NCBI GenBank assembly: GCA_963703315.1
Contig: OY969811.1
Location: 2,208,001-2,272,000, forward strand
DNA from: an uncultured cyanobacterium
GTDB lineage: Bacteria; Cyanobacteriota; Cyanobacteriia; Pseudanabaenales; Pseudanabaenaceae
Direction of reading: 5' to 3'
Length of the DNA stretch: 64,000 bases
Shown: positions 10,021 through 16,438 of the stretch, piece after piece
How the letters are laid out: every line of letters begins with the position of its first letter
Numbering within the stretch: the first letter of the stretch is position 1
The notes under the pieces: generated by a model
Told to the model about the DNA's origin: nothing
The model's database searches: none
The model's input: only the letters and a program-made list of their open reading frames with translations
Made by a program: the position numbers and the translations under genes

Positions 10021-11460
10021 ATGAACGATTTTCCCTATCCCGAAATTCAGTCCTTTGAACGGCTACAGGTATCTGATGGCTTGATGATTAATAGCGAACG
10101 CTGGCGACTCGCCCACGAATATCATCAGCAACGTCAAAATGTCCAGTATCAGTCTCTATTTTTACCAGGGATTATTTGCGGTTTAGGAGTTGCCCCGATC
10201 TCTGCACCTGCGGACTTACCAGCCAAATACCGAGATGGGCGTTGGGTACAAATCCAACCTGGTATGGCGATCGACCTGCAAGGCAATTTTATTGTCGTGC
10301 CACAGCCTCTAGATTTTCGGATCTCGACATCAGCCTACGATCGCCAAATTGAAACAGTTTATCTCGTTCTTAGTTATGTCGATCCCGCTAAACTCAAGCG
10401 TTCTAATAGTAATGAAATCTTAGTAGAAACCTTTCGGGTCAATGAGAAAACTGATCTGCCCCTTGATACAGATATTGAAATTTGTCGGATCGCGATCGCG
10501 GAAGGGAAATTAGAAATTCAAAAACCTGTGGATGTGTTTGCGCCCAAAATTTCTCAGTTAGATCTGCGCTATCGGCTCCAAGCTCAACTTCGTCCTCAAA
10601 ATGCGGTAAGGATTGCGTGTTTTATCAACCAACAAGATCAACAGAGACTAATTCAGCAAAACTTTCATTTCCTTGGACAGTCATTACCCAGTCTCGCCCC
10701 TAGTCTTAGTTTGGTTCAACCCATTGGCAACCTCGATCTGGATACAGAACTAACCCTCGATCATCTCAAGTCTTATCATCTAATTTATCTAACCTATACT
10801 CAAGCCTTAGCTCTCAATGATTCTACCCAATTAGCTTTACGGGAATATATAGAGACTGGAGGCATGATTTTAGTGGAAGTATCAATTCGGAATAGTCGGT
10901 TAGAAAAGCTGTTAGAAATTCAGAATGAGTTACAAGATGCTCAAAACAGATTGAGCAAAACCATGCACAATAGTCAGATCAATAATACTTCTGATCAAAC
11001 TAGCGTTCAAGCAGAATTGCAATCTGAACTAGAGGCGATCGCGATCGAAATCACTTCCTCTACCCAAGATTTTTTAACTACTCTTAGCGATCGCCTTCCT
11101 ATAGAAGCATCAATGCCAACTTTTGCCGATTTAGAGCGTACCCATCCTCTGCGTAGTCAACCATTTCTCTTTCCTGAGCTATCGGCAACCATTGAGCAAC
11201 CACTTCAAATCATGAGCAGTGATGGCATCATGATCATCTTCGGTGAACTATCATCAATTTGGGGTGGACAGTCTCAACAACTCCTAACCAGAGAAACAAT
11301 CAGGAATAGTCAAGAATTAGGTATTAATATTCTCAACTATGCAACTCAACGCTATGTAATGCATAATGCAATGTGCGTGAATCCTGCATATCACAGTCTT
11401 GAACTTAAACCTGAAGACGACAAGCGGCGCATTACGAATATGGTAGATCAACTTCCATAA
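10021..11460 (+). CDS. CIS tail-fibre-attachment-like N-terminus fused to a DUF4159-like C-terminal domain
   Basis: N-terminal ERLQVSDGLMI...EYHQQRQ...GIICGLGV...IQPGMAIDLQGNFIVVP; C-terminal ALREYIETGGMIL, HPL, ELGINILNYA. The ATG at 10021 is preferred because the 9964 start runs through a hairpin. Confidence 0.65.
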   Translation: MNDFPYPEIQSFERLQVSDGLMINSERWRLAHEYHQQRQNVQYQSLFLPGIICGLGVAPISAPADLPAKYRDGRWVQIQPGMAIDLQGNFIVVPQPLDFRISTSAYDRQIETVYLVLSYVDPAKLKRSNSNEILVETFRVNEKTDLPLDTDIEICRIAIAEGKLEIQKPVDVFAPKISQLDLRYRLQAQLRPQNAVRIACFINQQDQQRLIQQNFHFLGQSLPSLAPSLSLVQPIGNLDLDTELTLDHLKSYHLIYLTYTQALALNDSTQLALREYIETGGMILVEVSIRNSRLEKLLEIQNELQDAQNRLSKTMHNSQINNTSDQTSVQAELQSELEAIAIEITSSTQDFLTTLSDRLPIEASMPTFADLERTHPLRSQPFLFPELSATIEQPLQIMSSDGIMIIFGELSSIWGGQSQQLLTRETIRNSQELGINILNYATQRYVMHNAMCVNPAYHSLELKPEDDKRRITNMVDQLP

Positions 11461-11527
11461 AGTCTTTAGACATTGTTAATTACTCAAGTTCAATTAATCC
11501 AGTATCTATAGCTAAGGTTATCTATCT

Positions 11528-12898
11528 ATGTCTTCGATTCGCCAGATTTTTCCTCTTGTTTTAAGCATCCAAATTACGGTCGCAGTTGGCATCACGGGTT
11601 GGGTTTCTTTTAATAGTAGTGAGCGTGCTGTCAGTAAACTAACCCGTCAGCTTTGCGACAATTTGAATTATCGGGTTGAACATCAAATCCGTTCTTATCT
11701 AAAAGAATATATACAGGTTAATCAATCAATGACGATCGCTCTTAGTACTAGCAGTATCAATCTTAATGATATTAATCAAGTTCAGAAAGAGTTATTTAAT
11801 AAGTCCAAAGAACTGAATAAGCAAAATGTTTTATATTATGGCAATGAAAGTGGCACAATGGCTGGGCTTGAACGCTATAATGACGGCAGATTTCAACTAC
11901 GCATTAGAGAAGATGCAAATAGTCCTAATCGCCCCAGCTATGAACTAAGCAATAATGGGGAGAGGGGGAAATTGCTCATGACTGAAGTATATGATCATCG
12001 ACGTAGACCTTGGTATATTGCTGCTAAAGCATCAGGCAAGGCGATCTGGGGACCTATTTATGTAAGTGTTCCTGAGATTGAATTATCTAGCGCTAGAGCC
12101 ACACCAATTTACAAAGCCAATGGTGAGTTGCAGGGGGTATCAGGTATTAATGTTCCCCTGAAGCAAATCAAGCAGTTTATGCTGCAAATTCGTCCTTCTG
12201 AGCAATGGAATATATTTTTGGCTGAGGGAAATGGTGATTTAGTGGCAACCACTTCTGAAATCCCTATTTTTGAGAAGGATGGTAATGTATTTAAGCGTTT
12301 TGGTCTTGCTGAAAGTAAAGATCCGCGCCTACAGGCGGCTAGTCTAGCGATCCAAAAACAATTTAATGGACTACAGAATCTCCAAGATTCGCAGATAGTT
12401 GAATTTGAGTTTAATAGTGCAAAATATATCGTGATCACGCGCAAATTAGACAAAGAACTCCAACTAGATTGGTCGGTAGGGCTGATTGTACCAAAATCAA
12501 TTTTTATGCAAGAGATTGATACCAATAACCAAGTTACACTAATTATTATTGTGATTCTCCTCGGTATAAATATTGTGATTGGCTTAGTGATTGCGACATG
12601 GCTATTGCGTCCGATTAAAAATCTGATGACTGCGGCAAAGGAAATCGAAGAAGAATCTTTTGAACCTGAAAAATTAGCCGCAGTTGCTCAACGTAAAGAT
12701 GAACTGGGGCAGATGGCACGAGTATTTCAAGAAATGGGAAGTACGATCTCTGAACGTCAAAATGGTATGAAAAGCCAACTCACGAAACTACGTGCTGAAA
12801 AGGATGAAGCTAAAAAAGCGGCGATCGCTTCCCAAATGGGACAGACTAATTCATTGCAATCCATTTTGAATCGTTCTAGGGATGCTCGCAATAAATAG
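11528..12898 (+). CDS. Membrane dCache-HAMP sensor with no enzymatic output domain
   Basis: TM, periplasmic Cache-like region (YDHRRRPWY, WGPIYV), LDWSVGLIVP, second TM, HAMP (RPIKNL...DELGQMARVFQEM), then only about 50 aa of coiled coil. Confidence 0.85.
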   Translation: MSSIRQIFPLVLSIQITVAVGITGWVSFNSSERAVSKLTRQLCDNLNYRVEHQIRSYLKEYIQVNQSMTIALSTSSINLNDINQVQKELFNKSKELNKQNVLYYGNESGTMAGLERYNDGRFQLRIREDANSPNRPSYELSNNGERGKLLMTEVYDHRRRPWYIAAKASGKAIWGPIYVSVPEIELSSARATPIYKANGELQGVSGINVPLKQIKQFMLQIRPSEQWNIFLAEGNGDLVATTSEIPIFEKDGNVFKRFGLAESKDPRLQAASLAIQKQFNGLQNLQDSQIVEFEFNSAKYIVITRKLDKELQLDWSVGLIVPKSIFMQEIDTNNQVTLIIIVILLGINIVIGLVIATWLLRPIKNLMTAAKEIEEESFEPEKLAAVAQRKDELGQMARVFQEMGSTISERQNGMKSQLTKLRAEKDEAKKAAIASQMGQTNSLQSILNRSRDARNK

Positions 12899-12954
12899 GA
12901 TATACGTTGCAGATTCTGTTTTAGGAATACCCATCAACACTAAAAAATAAGGCG

Positions 12955-15126
12955 ATGTCAGTAAATCAAATTGGCTTAGAAATACCTCAAAAGGAATTAA
13001 ATTTTAAAATTGGGGCTGCAAAGAATTCTTTTCCTGTTGTTGTTATTAATGATAGCAATCAATTTGCTAGCTTTCAAATTGAACTGATTGCTGCGGGTGC
13101 AGATATTCAAGAAGTTGGTTATGAATGGTATACGATTTCTCCTGATGTGAGCGTGAAGATTCCTCCAGGAGATTTAGTGGAGTTTGTCGTCTCGATTATT
13201 GAAACGCCGATCTCAGGTTTTACGGGGATTATGAATATTACAGTGCGAGCTTTTTCCATCGAATTAAGGGAAGAGAATCGTGAAGTTTTACGCATTAATC
13301 TCCAAGAAGGCGCAGGGCGATCGATTCTCAAAGCAGAAATACCGACCCAAAAACTCCAAGCTCTTCCCCTTGATGATCTAGAAATCCCCATTTTAATTAG
13401 TAATCCTAGCCAACAGAATACTAATGTCACTTTAACTTGCCGAAATCTCCCAGATTCATGGTTTCTAAGAGGTAATACGCAGCAGTTGGCGATTAAGGCA
13501 GGGGCGCAGTCTCGGACTTCATTTATCTGCACTTTACCCTTTGACCAAGAGGCGATCGCGCAGTCCTATCCCTTTACGATTGATATTTCTCATACCAATG
13601 GTTTACCCTCACAATTGTCATCGAGCTTAGATGTACTTCCTAAAGGTGAGCTAGCTGTCCTCTGTGCATCGAAGTTACAGACTATACCTGCTAAGAGATC
13701 GTGGAAATTGTGGTGGAAATTTTGGCAATCATCGCCAGCGATATTTAACTTAACTGCCGATAATGCTAGTAATTTGCCACAAAAGATGAATTTTGACCTA
13801 GAGAATGTTAACTCTAGTGATTACGAAGACTTCTCATTTGAAGTATCACCTAATGATGTAGAAGTTGCGCCCTTCAGTAAAACTGATCTCCAACTCCAAA
13901 TTGATAAATCACGACCTTGGCTGGGTAAAGCTCAGAAGCTAAATCTCTTAGTCAAAGCCAACTGGCAAGACACAAGGGTGAACACCATTGATGAAGTACA
14001 GGCGATCGAGGTCGTTGTTAAACCTGTAGTTCCACCTTGGTTACTAATTCTCATTCTGGCGATCATTTTCTTTTTTACGGGCTTGCTATCTAGTTTTAAT
14101 CCTAATAATCCGTTCTCACCACATCAAGATGCTGTAACATCCGTGCATTACGATGGTACTGGTAATCAGGCAATTAGTAGTTCTAACGATCGCACCATCC
14201 GTAGGTGGAATGTTGCAGGATTTTATCAACCCTTTGTAGGACTTGATCTAGGCACTTTGACCGAAGCTAAAAAAGCAATTCGGACTGTGCGCTATCGTCC
14301 TGTCAGTAATGATTTAGTCGCGATGGGGCTAGAAAATGGCGAAATTCAGATTTTGGAACATCAATCTGAGAGTAAAAAGCCGATCGCGACATTTATCAAT
14401 CAAGCTGACGATCGCGTGTTTGATTTGGAATATACCCTTGATGCGAGAAATCTATTTAGTGGTCATGGTAGTGGCACAGTGTTGCGATGGGATCTCCAAA
14501 ATTTATTTACCAATCCTCCCACTCAGGCAAGTCAGGTTAAAAAATTTGACTTTGCGATCAATGCGATCGCCTTAGTTGGTCAAGATGACAGCACTTTAGC
14601 GATCGCTGGACGCTATAACCAACTTGTTCTCTGGAATTGGGTAAATAACACCGTCAAACTAATTACCTATCCTAATGCTGGTGGACAAGATAATTACATC
14701 CAGAGTATTGCCGTACCAGATCGCCAGCGTAATTTACTGGCTACGGCTGATACTCAAGGCTATATGTCTGTTTGGGATCTCAGTACTTGTTTGCAAAGCG
14801 ATCGCCCCTGTCAATTGATCGACATTTGGAAAGATGCTCATAACGGCAAACCTGTGCGATCGGTCGCCTTCAGTTCCCAAGGTTGCTATCTAGTAAGTGG
14901 TGGTGATGACGGACAGACAAAACTATGGGCGCTTACGCCTAAGGGTAAACGCACTGGTGATATGAATGGCAAGACTCTAGATACAAGCTCTTCTGCTGTC
15001 AATGCTGTCGATATCCACTTGACTACAAAAGATATTTTGACTATCAGTGGTACATCAGGGGGCAGGGTTCTTGGGCAGAAAACAGAACGCCTTTTTCAAT
15101 TAGGATGTGATTCGCAAAAGCAATAA
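12955..15126 (+). CDS. Bitopic membrane protein: Ig-like repeats - TM - WD40 propeller (candidate CIS membrane anchor)
   Basis: Beta-rich N-terminal repeats (ISNPSQQNTNVTL..LPDSWF, YPFTI); hydrophobic PWLLILILAIIFFFTGLL; WD40 repeats (HQDAVTSV, SSSNDRTIRRWN, VRSVAFS, SGGDDGQTKLWAL). Confidence 0.75.
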   Translation: MSVNQIGLEIPQKELNFKIGAAKNSFPVVVINDSNQFASFQIELIAAGADIQEVGYEWYTISPDVSVKIPPGDLVEFVVSIIETPISGFTGIMNITVRAFSIELREENREVLRINLQEGAGRSILKAEIPTQKLQALPLDDLEIPILISNPSQQNTNVTLTCRNLPDSWFLRGNTQQLAIKAGAQSRTSFICTLPFDQEAIAQSYPFTIDISHTNGLPSQLSSSLDVLPKGELAVLCASKLQTIPAKRSWKLWWKFWQSSPAIFNLTADNASNLPQKMNFDLENVNSSDYEDFSFEVSPNDVEVAPFSKTDLQLQIDKSRPWLGKAQKLNLLVKANWQDTRVNTIDEVQAIEVVVKPVVPPWLLILILAIIFFFTGLLSSFNPNNPFSPHQDAVTSVHYDGTGNQAISSSNDRTIRRWNVAGFYQPFVGLDLGTLTEAKKAIRTVRYRPVSNDLVAMGLENGEIQILEHQSESKKPIATFINQADDRVFDLEYTLDARNLFSGHGSGTVLRWDLQNLFTNPPTQASQVKKFDFAINAIALVGQDDSTLAIAGRYNQLVLWNWVNNTVKLITYPNAGGQDNYIQSIAVPDRQRNLLATADTQGYMSVWDLSTCLQSDRPCQLIDIWKDAHNGKPVRSVAFSSQGCYLVSGGDDGQTKLWALTPKGKRTGDMNGKTLDTSSSAVNAVDIHLTTKDILTISGTSGGRVLGQKTERLFQLGCDSQKQ

Positions 15127-15151
15127 TGTCCTGTGCAAAGCACAGGACATT

Positions 15152-15264
15152 ATTGCAAAGCAAGAGTTAGCTAGTACAAATCAAAACCCAGAAGATGAGT
15201 GGCGGCGCGAAGCGCCGCCACTCATCTTCTGGGTTTGTGTCCATAGCAAAAAAAGTTTTGCTAT
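15152..15264. mobile_element. MITE-like element, ATAGCAA-terminus family, with central hairpin
   Basis: Central perfect hairpin AAACCCAGAAGATGAGTGGCGGCGC-GAA-GCGCCGCCACTCATCTTCTGGGTTT. The flank GAGTTAGCTAGTACAAA matches the reverse complement within 60449-60561. Confidence 0.7.
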
Positions 15265-15381
15265 GTCACTTGTGCGGAAAAGTCAAGAATGAAACAAGAA
15301 ATTTTTATATGATTGATACTTGCGGTGTTTTCAGTAGTAAACTTACGCATACAAAGCATATAAGGCACTATGTAAACCAAT

Positions 15382-15588
15382 ATGTATCCTTCAGATCCTA
15401 ATTCTAATTCTAATCCTCAAAAACCTTCTTTTCTTGAAGAGATTCGTAGAGGTTGGGAGTGGGCAATCTTCTCCATTAAAGTTTTGAGCCGTGTTGGTAG
15501 TCCCATTGAACTCGCACAGACTATTTTTAACTCTATTAAAATTTTAGTAGTTCGTACACTCAGGCAATGGGGATTTGGAGGTAAATAA
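15382..15588 (+). CDS. Small hypothetical protein (68 aa)
   Basis: ATG-initiated ORF ending 3 bp before the hydroxylase start, with a GGAGG inside its 3' end that could serve as the next RBS. Confidence 0.55.
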   Translation: MYPSDPNSNSNPQKPSFLEEIRRGWEWAIFSIKVLSRVGSPIELAQTIFNSIKILVVRTLRQWGFGGK

Positions 15589-15591
15589 TCT

Positions 15592-16179
15592 ATGTTTAAG
15601 AATGCGACAGATTATGAATTTACACAGATGCTGGAGGCTAACTGGCAAGTAATTAGGCAAGAATTAGAGCAGATTAACCAGAAAAATTTTCTAGATTGGC
15701 CTGAAAAGTATCTCTATGGTCAAGGTTGGAAAACTTTTGGGCTATATGGTTTTGGCATGAAGCTTCATAAAAACTGCCAGATCTGTCCAGAAACAACTAA
15801 GTTGTTGGAACAAATTCCGAATATGGTAACGGCTGGGTTTTCTTCTCTTAACGCAGGAACACATATTGCGGCACATACTGGCTATCCTGATGGAGTTCTG
15901 CGCTGCCACTTGGGCTTAATTGGTTGTGATGGCTGTAGTTTGAGAGTTGGTGATGAAGTCAGAAATTGGCAAGAAGGTAAATGTCTTGTGTTTGACGATA
16001 CAACCGAGCATGAGGCTTGGAATCGGAGCGATCGCACAAGAGTTGTTTTACTAATTGATTTTAAGAGCGATGATTTGCTAGCTCAAGAGATAGAAGACAA
16101 GAAAAAACAATCTGGTAAAGGCTTATGGCAAAACTTCAAGTCCTTATTGTCTGGCTCAAAATCTGGAAATCCTGAATAG
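15592..16179 (+). CDS. Aspartyl/asparaginyl beta-hydroxylase family Fe(II)/2OG dioxygenase
   Basis: LEANWQVIRQE, CPETTKLLEQIP, AGFSSLNAGTHIAAHTG, LRCHLGL, WQEGKCLVFDDTTEHEAWN, RVVLLID. Confidence 0.9.
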   Translation: MFKNATDYEFTQMLEANWQVIRQELEQINQKNFLDWPEKYLYGQGWKTFGLYGFGMKLHKNCQICPETTKLLEQIPNMVTAGFSSLNAGTHIAAHTGYPDGVLRCHLGLIGCDGCSLRVGDEVRNWQEGKCLVFDDTTEHEAWNRSDRTRVVLLIDFKSDDLLAQEIEDKKKQSGKGLWQNFKSLLSGSKSGNPE

Positions 16180-16204
16180 GCGATCGGGTATTTTAGCGAG
16201 TTTA

Positions 16205-16371
16205 GGGCATAGCATTCCCAAATTAAAATTATCTAAGTAGCTCAGCATAGTTAAAACCCAAAAACAAAGCTTGTGCCGCCCGCGTAGCGGGCGGCACAAG
16301 CTTCTAGGTTTTAAGTTTACTTATGCCTAGCTACTTAGAAATTTATAGATTTTTGTGGGAATGCTATGCCC
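16205..16371. mobile_element. Nested palindromic elements (outer REP arms, inner AAGTAGCT-terminus element, central hairpin)
   Basis: Outer inverted repeat GGGCATAGCATTCCCA / TGGGAATGCTATGCCC; inner CTAAGTAGCT (16233)...AGCTACTTAG (16338); core AAGCTTGTGCCGCCCGC-GTA-GCGGGCGGCACAAGCTT. Confidence 0.75.
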
Positions 16372-16438
16372 CTACATGAGGATTATTGTCTTATAACTAT
16401 AGGCTATTATACTTATATACTAGTTAAAAGCAGTCTGC

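Noticed and set aside
6686..11460. Prophage or T6SS interpretation of the baseplate/tail genes
   Set aside because: There are no capsid, terminase, integrase or lysis genes and no TssJLM/ClpV. The genes are rich in host HIP1 sites, which suggests long residence, and the motifs fit eCIS-type proteins.
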